Below are positions 1 through 10,179 of a stretch of 64,000 bases of DNA, piece after piece. The stretch spans positions 96,001 to 160,000 of the forward strand of contig CAXXLL010000003.1 in assembly GCA_963662545.2 (NCBI GenBank), read 5' to 3'. How positions within the stretch are numbered: the stretch's first letter is position 1; every line of letters starts with the position of its first letter. The stretch comes from Gammaproteobacteria bacterium. GTDB lineage: Bacteria > Pseudomonadota > Gammaproteobacteria > Ga0077536. Both the position numbers and the translations under genes were made by a program. Below the pieces are notes generated by a model that worked only from the letters and a program-made list of their open reading frames with translations, was not told the DNA's origin and did no database searches.

Positions 1-1
1 G

Positions 2-280
2 GGGCTGCATCATCACCTCGCGAACTCGGGCAACTTCGGGCAGATCCTGCGCAAAAACTACCCCGTCGTCATCGGCAACAAGCTGGGAGGCACGGCGGGG
101 GGTACCGTATCCGTCGTCGGTCCCCTGTGTACTCCCCTCGACATCGTTGCCGACAAGGTCCAGTTACCGTCAGTCGAACTCGGCGACCTGATTGTCGTGC
201 TGCAGTCGGGAGCCTATGGCTACACAGCCAGCCCGCATCTCTTTCTCAGCCACCCCGTTCCGTTGGAATTGCTGGTCTAG
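2..280 (+). CDS. Pyridoxal-dependent decarboxylase, exosortase A system-associated (3' part; 5' end outside window)
   Basis: Hand translation of frame 2 (absent from the ORF track): GLHHHLANSGNFGQILRKNYPV...VVGPLCTPLD...GDLIVVLQSGAYGYTASPHLFLSHP*; a LysA/ODC-type C-terminus. Confidence 0.85.
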   Translation, partial: GLHHHLANSGNFGQILRKNYPVVIGNKLGGTAGGTVSVVGPLCTPLDIVADKVQLPSVELGDLIVVLQSGAYGYTASPHLFLSHPVPLELLV

Positions 281-488
281 GGCCTGCACTGACCGGGCTA
301 CGGGCTTTCCCCCCCCAGTAGGATCCGATGACGGCAGCACGCGTCGACTTGCTGTAGTTGAAGGGTGTCACAGATGGTGTCCTTAGCCTTGGTGAACAGA
401 GCTTACTGCTATACTGCGGCGGCTTAAAAATACGCCCCGACACCGAATCCGCACCGCTGAATATCCACCCGAACGAAGCGCCCGAATC

Positions 489-1634
489 GTGAGCGTGCAA
501 CATCCAGCCCAAAAGCGAACGATCGCCCTGAGCGTTCCAAAGCTCGGCGAGGAAGAATGGCTCGCGCTGAAGGCGCCCCTCGAATCGGGCTGGCTCACGC
601 AAGGGCCATGCGTCGAGGCCTTCGAAGCGGCTTTCGCCGCCCGCCATTCCGTAAAACACGCTATCGCCGTGACGAGCGGTACGACCGCGCTACACGTCGC
701 GCTTGCTGCCGCCGGCATCGGACCCGGGGACGAGGTCATTGTGCCCGCTTTCACCTGGGTGGCAACGCCGAACGCGGTGATCTACGCCGGAGCAACTGCG
801 GTTTTCGCCGACGTTCTCCCGAACACCTACAACATCGACCCGGCCGAAGTGCAAAAACGCCTGACCGAACGCACAAAAGCCGTGATCGCGGTGCATCTCT
901 TCGGGCTGTGTGCAGACATGGATGGTCTGCGCAGCGTTGTTCCCGAAGACGTCATGATTATCGAGGACGCGGCCTGCGCCGCCGGCGCGGCGTATCGCGA
1001 CGTGTCAGCCGGAAGCATGGGAAAGGCGGGATGCTTTAGTTTTCATCCTCGCAAGTCGATGACAACCGGAGAAGGTGGAATGGTTACGACGAACGATGAC
1101 GAGATCGCCGTCGCGTCCCGTTCGTTGCGCAATCACGGCGCGGAGGCCACCAGCGGTACAGTGTATCCACACACCATGCCCGAATTTCCGCGCTTGGGGT
1201 TCAACTATCGCATGACCGAACTGCAGGCGGCCGTCGGACGGGTGCAATTGACGAAACTCGACGGATTCATCGACGAGCGCGCGTCGTGGGCCCAAGTCTA
1301 CCGAGAGGAACTTGGGTCGCTTGGCTGGCTTACGCTTCCGCATTCCGACGCACGAGACCGGCACGCGTGGCAGGCTTTCGTTACCGTGGTCAATGAAGAC
1401 TCGTCGCCGACGACTCGCAACGAATTGATGCAAGATCTGAATTCCTCCGGCATTGCAACGCGACCCGGTACGCACGCGGTAACGGAATTGGCCTACTACA
1501 GAAAACTCGGCGTCGATCCATCGGCTTATCCGGTGGCGCGCGCCCTTCACCATCGCTCGATGGCAATTCCGATGCACAATCGGATGTCCGCAGATGATTA
1601 TCAATACGTTATTGACACGCTTCGACCCCTCTGA
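489..1634 (+). CDS. DegT/DnrJ/EryC1/StrS NDP-sugar aminotransferase
   Basis: SGTTALH, GDEVIVPAFTW, IEDAAC, FSFHPRK(PLP Lys)SMTTGEGG, GFNYRM motifs. Confidence 0.93.
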   Translation: MSVQHPAQKRTIALSVPKLGEEEWLALKAPLESGWLTQGPCVEAFEAAFAARHSVKHAIAVTSGTTALHVALAAAGIGPGDEVIVPAFTWVATPNAVIYAGATAVFADVLPNTYNIDPAEVQKRLTERTKAVIAVHLFGLCADMDGLRSVVPEDVMIIEDAACAAGAAYRDVSAGSMGKAGCFSFHPRKSMTTGEGGMVTTNDDEIAVASRSLRNHGAEATSGTVYPHTMPEFPRLGFNYRMTELQAAVGRVQLTKLDGFIDERASWAQVYREELGSLGWLTLPHSDARDRHAWQAFVTVVNEDSSPTTRNELMQDLNSSGIATRPGTHAVTELAYYRKLGVDPSAYPVARALHHRSMAIPMHNRMSADDYQYVIDTLRPL

Positions 1635-1682
1635 ATCATAAGTCAAAACCATAATCATTCTGGCGAAGGTTTGCTGAATATC

Positions 1683-2699
1683 ATGGCCAAGTACTTCATT
1701 ACCGGTGGCGCGGGTTTCATCGCGAACGCGATCATGCACCGGCTCGTCGACGACAACGAAATCTTCGTCTACGACAATTTTTACCGCGATACGCTGTCGG
1801 CGAGCACGCTGAATGGTCACCCGAACATCGAAGTCATCCGGGGCGGCGTCCTCGATCTCGATCTGCTGACGAAATCCGTCGAGGAGGCCGATGTGATCAT
1901 TCATGCTGCCGGCATCGCGGGCATTGATACAGTCATCAAGGATCCGGTGAAGACGATGAGGGTCAACATGATCGGCACCGCGAACATGCTGGAGGCGGCG
2001 ACCTGCGCTGGCGTGTCCGGTCGAATCATCGATTTTTCGACTTCGGAAGTGTTCGGCCCGATGGCTTTCCGTTCAAGCGAAGAAGATGCGACCGTCGCCG
2101 GATCCGCGGGCGAAGCACGTTGGACTTATTCGGTGAGCAAGCTTGCCGGTGAGCACCTTGCGAAGGCCTACCACACCAGGGACGGCCTGCCCGTCGTCAC
2201 CGTCAGGCCATTCAACGTTTACGGACCCGGCCAGACCGGCGAAGGTGCCATACAGATCTTTATCAAACGGGCTCTCAAGGGTGAAGATATTCAGATCCAC
2301 GGGGATGGAAACCAGATCCGAGCCTGGTGTTACATCGAAGATTTCGTCGACTGCATCATGCGATGCATGGATAATCCGGCTGCGATCGGCGAGAGCTTCA
2401 ACATCGGAAATGCCCGGGCGGTGATCACGATCCTCGGGTTGGCTCAGGTCGTTTGCCGGGTACTCGACTCCAAATCCACCATTGAATTCGTCCCGGCGCT
2501 GTCCGCCGATATCGCGATCCGGATTCCGAGCGTGGAGAAAGCGTACGACCTGCTCGGGTTCAAGGCGCAGGTCGACCTCGAGGAAGGCGTCGAGAAAACT
2601 GCCAAGTGGATGCTGCAACTAGGTAACTGCTCCGAATATAGAACCATATACACGCTTGTCATTTTTGCGGCCGGATCCGAAAACATCTTGGTCCGCTGA
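1683..2699 (+). CDS. NAD-dependent epimerase/dehydratase
   Basis: [30 protein letters not shown]; the last ~25 aa look atypical (possible read-through). Confidence 0.9.
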   Translation: MAKYFITGGAGFIANAIMHRLVDDNEIFVYDNFYRDTLSASTLNGHPNIEVIRGGVLDLDLLTKSVEEADVIIHAAGIAGIDTVIKDPVKTMRVNMIGTANMLEAATCAGVSGRIIDFSTSEVFGPMAFRSSEEDATVAGSAGEARWTYSVSKLAGEHLAKAYHTRDGLPVVTVRPFNVYGPGQTGEGAIQIFIKRALKGEDIQIHGDGNQIRAWCYIEDFVDCIMRCMDNPAAIGESFNIGNARAVITILGLAQVVCRVLDSKSTIEFVPALSADIAIRIPSVEKAYDLLGFKAQVDLEEGVEKTAKWMLQLGNCSEYRTIYTLVIFAAGSENILVR

Positions 2700-2747
2700 A
2701 CGCGATTTTTTCACTCGACGGACCCATCTAAATAATGCGTGTAAATA

Positions 2748-3947
2748 ATGCGTGAAGATATTGATATTCTGCTGCTCGCCCACACAGACTGGTATGGATT
2801 GGGCAATCCTGCTCGAGCGATGGCGACAGCCCTGGCCCGAAATGGCTGGCACATATTTTTTAGCCGAGGCGTTTATTACTCGTGGGAAGTTTTCGATGAG
2901 CACTGGTCGTCATCGCCCTTTTTCACCCGGATTGATGAGGTCCATGGCGTTCGGGTCCACGTGCCCGGCAAATTCCCGTTTCGATGGCCGCGCTTCGAAC
3001 GGTTCGAATCATGGGTAATGAAACATGAATGTTCCAAGCTGTTTCCTCGCAGTTCAGAGCCGGCGAAACGCCGGATTACCCTGGTGCTGCACCCGAAATT
3101 CGGGAGCTTCCTCCCGTATCTGGCCTGTGACGATGTGATTTATTGGGCAGTCGACCTGCTCCGAGCACAACCTGATTACGACGATGCTTCGGAACAAGCG
3201 CACCGGCACATGATGGCCCAGGCAGATATGCTTCTTGCAGCCAGTAGGAGTGTTGGAGCGCTTGCATTCGACGAACACTTCGAACCCGATCATGTTCTAC
3301 GAAGTGGCGTTGATGTAGAACTGGTCATTGCTGCCGCGGATGCGCCGCCGCCCGCAGATCTCGAGGATATCCCCCACCCAAGAATCGGCTACATAGGCGC
3401 GATTAATCAAAAAGTCGACCTTCGGATCGTTGCGCATGTCGCCCGTGCCCGTCCCGATTGGCATTGGGTCATAATTGGTCCGTTAAATATTGGTCCCCCA
3501 CTTCCAAACGTCGACGACGTCACGAACGCATGGCTAGAATGTGAGCGTTTGGATAATGTGCACTGGTTAGGACCGCGTCCGTTTGCAGACGTTCCGCGGT
3601 ACTTGAACAACATGGACGTCAACACGATCTGCTACCGGCTCGACATCGGCAATTGGACGAAAACCGCATACCCTTTTAAAGTCCATGAATGCCTTGCCGC
3701 AGGAAAACCCGTTGTATCGTCTCGACTGCCGGAGCTCCTGATCCACGACGACGTAATAGAATTTGCCGAAACGCCCGAAGAATGGCTCGCAGCAGTTGCG
3801 CGTGCATTGGACGCCCCCGCCGACGACCGCGAAGCACGGCTCGCCGTCGCGAAACAGAACACCTGGGACAAGCGGGTCAAGGAATTAACGACGCCTATAT
3901 CACGAGGACCCATTGCGGTCGCTCATCCTCGTAGAACGCCACGATAA
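2748..3947 (+). CDS. Glycosyltransferase (GT-B, TuaH-like)
   Basis: PRIGYIGAI, PFKVHECLAAGKPVVSS, NTWDKRV; tail overlaps the convergent flippase fragment. Confidence 0.85.
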   Translation: MREDIDILLLAHTDWYGLGNPARAMATALARNGWHIFFSRGVYYSWEVFDEHWSSSPFFTRIDEVHGVRVHVPGKFPFRWPRFERFESWVMKHECSKLFPRSSEPAKRRITLVLHPKFGSFLPYLACDDVIYWAVDLLRAQPDYDDASEQAHRHMMAQADMLLAASRSVGALAFDEHFEPDHVLRSGVDVELVIAAADAPPPADLEDIPHPRIGYIGAINQKVDLRIVAHVARARPDWHWVIIGPLNIGPPLPNVDDVTNAWLECERLDNVHWLGPRPFADVPRYLNNMDVNTICYRLDIGNWTKTAYPFKVHECLAAGKPVVSSRLPELLIHDDVIEFAETPEEWLAAVARALDAPADDREARLAVAKQNTWDKRVKELTTPISRGPIAVAHPRRTPR

Positions 3948-4251
3948 AGGGCGACACGGCCAAGAGCGTTACACACGCGATCCCGCCGAACAGGACGTTG
4001 AACGTCCACGCCGTATCGTAGTGGCGTGCGGTGACGTCCTGCTTTTGAATCAGGACGGTGTCGAAACCGAAGTCACCGAACAACTCGATCATCGCGAACA
4101 TGGCCATCGCGATTGCGACGATCCCGAAATCGTCAGGGGTCAGCAATCGCGCGAGGATCATCGTGCTTACGAGCCCGAGCGCCCGAACCGACATCCGTAA
4201 CAACACCATCCACGCGGCCCCGCGAGCGACGGCGCTGCCTAGGTCCTGCAT
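3895..4251 (-). pseudogene. Truncated Wzx/PST-family flippase (N-terminal 118 aa only)
   Basis: ILARLLTPDDFGIVA...DFGFDTVLIQ; similar to the N-terminus of the intact flippase at 28780 but stops after about a quarter of the length. Confidence 0.85.
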
Positions 4252-4397
4252 TTTCGCCGCGACGCAGTTTTAATGTTCATTTCACGCTTTGCGCTCACAT
4301 GGCCCGGCGTTGGGGTTTCAGATTCCTCGCGTTTTCATGCTCGAACAGACAACCGCTCGGCGAGGACGAAAATACCACGCCCAGATAGGGTCGTCTT

Positions 4398-4860
4398 TCA
4401 CATCCTATTGTCGAATTCGAATGCGCCCGCTTCGGGTGATTCGTCATGCTGCCTGGCGCGTGTAGATACAGGGTGACGGTATTCTGCGTGCGGGACAATT
4501 TTAAGGTCTGCGGTGTCTTCAAGGCCGACACCGGCATCTATGGCAGGCGAATTCTCCCGCAAACGGTAGTCGAGCCTGCCGCGGTTTTGCACCGGCGCGT
4601 CCTTTACGATGCGATTATCCCGGCTACCGGGCAAGCCCCCCCAGGGCGTCCCCTCCGAACAGCGGTATCCGGCCCCACGCGAACACGTTGCCGGCGGCGA
4701 AAGCACCGCCCCGTATCACCTTACCCCTACCGATCTGTAGGTCATTGTGCAAGAACGCCGTTGCCCCGGTCGGATTGGAGAAAAAGTCACCGTCATGGCG
4801 ATCGTTTACGATCGTATTATGGATTACGATAAATGCGTCCTTCCCCGATAGGCCGTCGGA
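4398..4860 (-). pseudogene. 3' remnant of a paralog of the adjacent beta-helix protein, frameshifted
   Basis: Hand translation FIVIHNTIVNDRHDGDFFSN...LGG / LPGSRDN...DYRLRENSPAIDAG...GAFEF aligns with the C-terminus of 4957..6396; frame changes at a C7 run near 4636-4642. Confidence 0.75.
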
Positions 4861-4956
4861 GACGAACGCGATTCCGTCAAACGTTTCTGGTTACACTGCG
4901 AACCCTCACCGATTCCTGAGCCACCCCGAGCCGCTCGACGCACTCATTTAGACTTT

Positions 4957-6396
4957 CTAGGATCCGTACTCGAACGCACCCACATCAAGCGGGCCTGCCT
5001 GCTCTCGAGGCACGGCAGAAAGCGGGGCCGAATACTCATACTCTGGGAACACGTCAAGCGAATTCGTCGGATCTAGCTCGACGCCAATGTCGATCGCGGG
5101 CGAGCCACCCTGCAAGCGGTAATCGTAAGCATCCCGGTTGACGACATGGACATCGGCGGCGTAGTGGTTCAATTCGCTACCCAAAACACCGCCAAGTGAT
5201 TCATCAAAGCCACCAAGAAATCCGCCTCGGCGATCCACTAAATTACCCCGAAGTATTGCCGTGCCCTCGATTGGCTTCGCTTCGCCAATCATTAGGTTGT
5301 TGTATATGTGAATTATCTCGCCGGAGTGATTGTAAATGAAATTGGCGTCCCGCCGATCGCTAACGAGTGTGTTGTTTACGACGAAAAGTTCATTGACGTC
5401 CCAAATCATCCCCTCCGGTGCATAAGTGATCAATGTATAATTTTCGGTTGCAGGCCCCTGTTGCAAGACATTGCCGACGACAACCGCGCGACCGCCCGCC
5501 GAAAGATCAATCGAATAGTTGCTTCGCCCTCTCGGTTCATCGACGATCCTGTTGTAGAGGATGCTGGACTCGCGTGCACGGCTTTTCACGGCGGATCCGA
5601 CTATCGTTTCATGCACATAAGTGAATTTCAGTTCGAAACTCGCAATCGATCCGATGTAAATCTGGTGTGCTTGGCCCGACGGGTGGCCGTTGCGGGCAAA
5701 CTCGGAATGCTCAATGACAACCGAATTGTCCGGCTCGTTGCTTGCCATCAGGCCAGACTCGTTGTCATGGAAGAAACACGACACCACCCGCAGATGCCGA
5801 CCTTCTGCACGAATCCCGGCGCCATTTCTGTCGCGGCTGCGGGCATACGAAAACTCGATGTTCTCGATTCTGACATTGTCACCGGAAACGATCCAAATTG
5901 CCTTGTGCTGGACGAGCGTGGCACCCCTCGCATCGAGCCGGGCGACCCCACCGACCGCGCGAATGAGCAGATCGTCAGCAACCCACACCGCGCTGTCTCC
6001 GCGGTATGTACCCGCCGCAATTTCGATCCGATCGCCTTTTCTAGCCGCGCGTGCTGCCTGGCTGGGAAGCGAATAGTCCCCTCCGGGTCCGACCTGTAAT
6101 ACCCGTCCGTAACCCTGGCTCTCGCTCGTCGCATCGGGCACAGCGCGAAAGCGAAAAACGTCCGGTAGGGCCTCCCCGAGCATCGCTTCGACGCGCTGCT
6201 CGCGGCGTGTCTCGATACTCTTCGCTTCTGATCGAACCATGGCGAGGGACTGACGAGCGACGGATATCGCGTATTCAAGAGTCCGCACCGGCCCCGATAG
6301 AAACGCAGCTACAAGCAGGACCACCAAGACGAGATGCGCAGCGAGCGCAAGCAGGACCAGATACCAGCGAAAGTAATGGAAAAAACGGCTAAGCAT
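4957..6396 (-). CDS. Membrane-anchored right-handed parallel beta-helix protein (polysaccharide lyase/epimerase-like fold)
   Basis: N-terminal hydrophobic helix; GDRIEIAAGTY, NGAGIRAEG, Asn-ladder repeats, C-terminal DYRL..GSPAID.G...DVGAFE. Confidence 0.75.
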   Translation of the reverse strand: MLSRFFHYFRWYLVLLALAAHLVLVVLLVAAFLSGPVRTLEYAISVARQSLAMVRSEAKSIETRREQRVEAMLGEALPDVFRFRAVPDATSESQGYGRVLQVGPGGDYSLPSQAARAARKGDRIEIAAGTYRGDSAVWVADDLLIRAVGGVARLDARGATLVQHKAIWIVSGDNVRIENIEFSYARSRDRNGAGIRAEGRHLRVVSCFFHDNESGLMASNEPDNSVVIEHSEFARNGHPSGQAHQIYIGSIASFELKFTYVHETIVGSAVKSRARESSILYNRIVDEPRGRSNYSIDLSAGGRAVVVGNVLQQGPATENYTLITYAPEGMIWDVNELFVVNNTLVSDRRDANFIYNHSGEIIHIYNNLMIGEAKPIEGTAILRGNLVDRRGGFLGGFDESLGGVLGSELNHYAADVHVVNRDAYDYRLQGGSPAIDIGVELDPTNSLDVFPEYEYSAPLSAVPREQAGPLDVGAFEYGS

Positions 6397-7258
6397 CGTG
6401 CTCGATACGCTTCAACCAATCCACTGCCTGTTGTTCCACCTGAGCGCGCCATACGGCGCTGGAGAAGGTATGGTTCGCATCTTTGAGTATACGCCGATCA
6501 CGAATACGTTCGGCAGCCAGCGATCTCCAGGCTGAGTCGTGCTCACACCGCTGACGAAATTCGCTCGCGACCAGGTCATCTCCGCTCAGTAGAAGGAACA
6601 CGGAGCCACGAAAATTCGCTAGTCCGGTACGCATACGCTCGATGAAATCATCCCTGCCTCTGTGTCGCTCCTCGCGCAATCCCACGAGGCGCCCAGCATA
6701 ATTCGCCAGGCTCGTCACCGAGTCACGCAAATCGAGTTGCCCACGGACAAGCTTGCGCCAGAAATCGCGGTTCCTGAGCCGCGCCATATAGTAGGTGCGC
6801 ACCCGCGCTTGCGCCTCGGTACGCGGCGAATGAACCCACGGATTGGCAAGGATGAGTGCCACGACTCGGTCATTGGCGTACGCGTACATCAACGCCGCGG
6901 ACGCCGCGTCGCACAAGCCCCAGATAACGACACGACGTACCCCGGCGGTGCTTGTGAAGTAGTCGATCGCTGCCTCGATGTCAGCGCCGATAGTCTCGAA
7001 ATCCCGCGGATCGCCTTCGCTGTCGCCGATGCCGCGGTAATCGAAACGGAACACGGGATATCCACTGCGCGCGAGCGCCCGCGCAAGCAACACGAACTGT
7101 CGATGGCTCCCAACCCGGTATTGTGGGCCACCTACGATAAGCAGCACGCCGAGCTCGCTTTCACCTGAAACTTCATGCAACACGGCAATGGTGTCGTTGC
7201 CGGCGATGTCCATGACGCAGGCACGCTCGGTACCGCTCAGACTTCCGGGCGCATCCAT
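6389..7258 (-). CDS. Hydrolase 1, exosortase A system-associated (alpha/beta hydrolase)
   Basis: VGGPQYRVGSHRQF, FDYRGIGDSEG, WGLCDAASA, ANHTFS. Confidence 0.9.
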   Translation of the reverse strand: MDAPGSLSGTERACVMDIAGNDTIAVLHEVSGESELGVLLIVGGPQYRVGSHRQFVLLARALARSGYPVFRFDYRGIGDSEGDPRDFETIGADIEAAIDYFTSTAGVRRVVIWGLCDAASAALMYAYANDRVVALILANPWVHSPRTEAQARVRTYYMARLRNRDFWRKLVRGQLDLRDSVTSLANYAGRLVGLREERHRGRDDFIERMRTGLANFRGSVFLLLSGDDLVASEFRQRCEHDSAWRSLAAERIRDRRILKDANHTFSSAVWRAQVEQQAVDWLKRIEHDA

Positions 7259-8115
7259 TGCTTAGCGATCTCCACGGTCCGCACCGCCACCTGCGGCGGC
7301 GCAGATATCTCCTGGGTTGCCCAAAACTGCTCGCAATCAAGAACTTCGCCAAGCGTGGCGATTCCCTGCTGATCCAGAACCTCTAAAAATTTCAGCCCGG
7401 GAAGACTCAGCTTCTCGGACCCGCTCGGTTTGCACTCGAGTACTGCGCATTTTGCTCCTGCGGGGAACGAGAGGTCCGTCAGCTTGACCTCGGCGAGCGC
7501 CCCGGCCAGCTCGGCAGCGATAGAGTATCCGGCCACCTCAACCGACTCACCGCTTTCGAAAAGATTCATCAAGTCCCGGTTAGTTTCATTTCCTCCAGAG
7601 AATTTGCTGGCCATGACCCGTAATCGCAATATTTGCTGCAAGTACTGCCTGCCTTCATACACGGGCTGCCATGCGACGACTAACAAAGGTTTATCGGCGA
7701 GGAGCGAAGGGAGTAACAGCGTCCCCGCACGCACGGCCAACACCATCTCGACGTCGGCAACCGAACGTTCGCTAAACCACGCCCGCACCGCTTCCAGATC
7801 CTGAATCCACCGCTCCCAACGCGCTTCCCCGAATTCTCCCGCGCTGTCTCCGGTGCCGCTCAAATCCGGCAGTACGACGTCGAATCCGGCATCGCTGAGA
7901 CGCCGACAGCACATGGCCATCAGCTTTCGGCATTTGTTCATCTCTTCCATCAAGGGTGGCAGGACGAGGATCCGGCCCTTTGCGGGCGGGACGGCAGGCG
8001 CAAAATGCAGGACAAACAGTGTACGTCCGCTGATTTTCAAGAACTGCGGGTGGAGACGATTGGAATCCGGCACGGATTTTCTAACTTTAGCCAACCTTGT
8101 ACGCGACAAAATCAA
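7237..8115 (-). CDS. Hydrolase 2, exosortase A system-associated
   Basis: PPLMEEMNKCR, DLSGTGDSAGEF, WQPV..G..YL.Q.LRLR, VEVAGY; true start may lie slightly downstream. Confidence 0.88.
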   Translation of the reverse strand: MILSRTRLAKVRKSVPDSNRLHPQFLKISGRTLFVLHFAPAVPPAKGRILVLPPLMEEMNKCRKLMAMCCRRLSDAGFDVVLPDLSGTGDSAGEFGEARWERWIQDLEAVRAWFSERSVADVEMVLAVRAGTLLLPSLLADKPLLVVAWQPVYEGRQYLQQILRLRVMASKFSGGNETNRDLMNLFESGESVEVAGYSIAAELAGALAEVKLTDLSFPAGAKCAVLECKPSGSEKLSLPGLKFLEVLDQQGIATLGEVLDCEQFWATQEISAPPQVAVRTVEIAKQWMRPEV

Positions 8116-8332
8116 CCAGGGAACCCACGGTCTCGAATGTATCGGCGCTCACTTCGTCATCATCGATCATGAACCCGAACTCCTCTTCGATAACCGTCAG
8201 AACCGATACCACGGCCATCGAATCGAATTCCGGCACGTCGCCGAGCAATAGAGTTTGTGCGTTGAAAGCATCGACCCTGTCGCCAATCCCCAGTACTTGC
8301 CCGAGAATCGTTATGATTTTTTGTTCGATCAT
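8087..8332 (-). CDS. Acyl carrier protein
   Basis: Acidic 81 aa with PEFDSMAVV phosphopantetheine Ser motif and FETVGSL. Confidence 0.9.
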   Translation of the reverse strand: MIEQKIITILGQVLGIGDRVDAFNAQTLLLGDVPEFDSMAVVSVLTVIEEEFGFMIDDDEVSADTFETVGSLVDFVAYKVG

Positions 8333-8529
8333 CTTCAGCTCTCGTTATCTAGAAATGCTTGCTTGTGTAAGCAGCATGAAATGTTGCCCCGTCACGATGG
8401 TGCTTCTTCTTGCGCACGACCAGTCGTACCGGTTTGCCGACAAGAAGTGCCGACAGTGCTCTTCGGCCCTTCGATACAAATCGGGACATATGCGTTCTCC
8501 GGCTCTCCCGGAACGCGAAGCGTAAACGA

Positions 8530-9837
8530 TCATCGGCCGCGCGGCGCCAAAATTGACTCGAGTTCCACGCACATTTCCGCGGCGCGAACGTCCCGAGAAA
8601 AGCCGCGCACAACCGCGTCGTCCACCGCGACGCGCTCGCGATGAGCGCGCAGGTCTTTGATCTCCGTACTCAGCAGAGCCCGTATATCGGCAGCGGAATC
8701 GATGGCAGCGATCGCGTCGATTCCGACGTCACGGAGAATTTGGGCGGTGTCGCCTGCCTCGTCGGTAATCGCCAATATCGGACGCCCGCTGCGCAGATAC
8801 TCGTATAGCTTGGCCGGTACCTGGAAGTTGCAATTCCCGGCCTGCACCAGCAGCAGAGCGTCTGCGGTGAGCATCTCCTCCACCGCCTCCTGATAACCCA
8901 CCGGCGGGAGCAGTTCGACGATGTCTTCGAGCGCGTAGTCGCGAAGCATGGGCTGATAGTAGGCCTCATGGCCCGACCCACGGAAGGTCACGCGCAGCGT
9001 TGCCGCCGCAATCTCGCCCGCCGCCTTAAGTTCAGACAAAGCCTCGAAAAGGGGTCGCGGATCACGTTCGGACGGGTACAGTATGCCGGAATGCAGCAGC
9101 TTGAGCGGCCCCGCATCACGTGCCGTGCGCCGCGCGGCACTGGCTTCCGCCCTCTTGAACATCGCTTCGTCATACCCGTTGGGAATCGCTCTGCCTTTGC
9201 TCGCGATGCGCTCACCGTAATGCGATTCGTAATAAATCCTCGCACCCGGCGCCGTATAGATCACGCGTTCGGCATGCCGCGCAATCCGATCCTCGATCCA
9301 TCGGAAAGCGCGCCATGTCCTCGGATCGGATGGGTAGCCTTCCTGCGCCATCGGATCGCGCATATCCGCCACCCAAGGCTTCCCTGTCAGGCGGTGCAGG
9401 ATATATCCAATAACATGTGCCGAGGCGATCGGATAGGTCGACACGATAACATCGACGCGGCCACGCGCGATTTCGAATAATCCCAACACCACCGCACTCG
9501 GCACCCACGATACCCAACGATCGGGGATTGCCATGAAATCCAGATACTTACCCTTAATCGACAAATGTCTGGTCGTATCGAGCGCCGGAGCGCGTACAAC
9601 CTTGACTCCGGCCGGCACCATTGCCTCATTTTCAGGGCGCGAAGCAAGCAAGGCGTTGCGCGTCACGGTCAACACGGTGGTCGTCCAACCGTTGCCCGCA
9701 CAATGCGCGGAGAAACTCAGTGTCCTGTGCACCCCGCTGCTCGCCTGAATTGGCGGGTAATGGTATGCGATAAAGAGTACACCGCGTCGGATGGACAGTT
9801 CGTTCATAGGCTTGGCGACATTGGCGCCGGGCAACAC
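8530..9837 (-). CDS. Glycosyltransferase family 4
   Basis: IAYHYPP, PWVADMRDP, IPNGYD, PAKLYEYL..GRPIL. Confidence 0.9.
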   Translation of the reverse strand: MLPGANVAKPMNELSIRRGVLFIAYHYPPIQASSGVHRTLSFSAHCAGNGWTTTVLTVTRNALLASRPENEAMVPAGVKVVRAPALDTTRHLSIKGKYLDFMAIPDRWVSWVPSAVVLGLFEIARGRVDVIVSTYPIASAHVIGYILHRLTGKPWVADMRDPMAQEGYPSDPRTWRAFRWIEDRIARHAERVIYTAPGARIYYESHYGERIASKGRAIPNGYDEAMFKRAEASAARRTARDAGPLKLLHSGILYPSERDPRPLFEALSELKAAGEIAAATLRVTFRGSGHEAYYQPMLRDYALEDIVELLPPVGYQEAVEEMLTADALLLVQAGNCNFQVPAKLYEYLRSGRPILAITDEAGDTAQILRDVGIDAIAAIDSAADIRALLSTEIKDLRAHRERVAVDDAVVRGFSRDVRAAEMCVELESILAPRGR

Positions 9838-10179
9838 AATACCCCTGCGACTCGCGCAGCGTGGCGAATCGGGCGCAACGTGTCGACAGGTTCCTGAAGC
9901 ATTCTCGGAATTTCAAGTACAATTCGCCGAGTCGGGACTTCGATGGTGAAAATTTGTGTCGGCATAGCGTAGGTATAGTGAATGGATTTCGCGGGTCATG
10001 CATCTTACGGCAACCCAGTCGGTCCGCGTCCTAAAGCAATCTCTCATGCCTGCCGATGGAGAAAAGAGGGATTCCGGATCCGGCCGTGTTGAGCGTAAAG
10101 TGGACGCGCGGCTGGTTTTTGGCCCGCTCTCGCAGACACCAGCTACCCCGCTTAATCATACCTAAGTAAGCCGACACCA

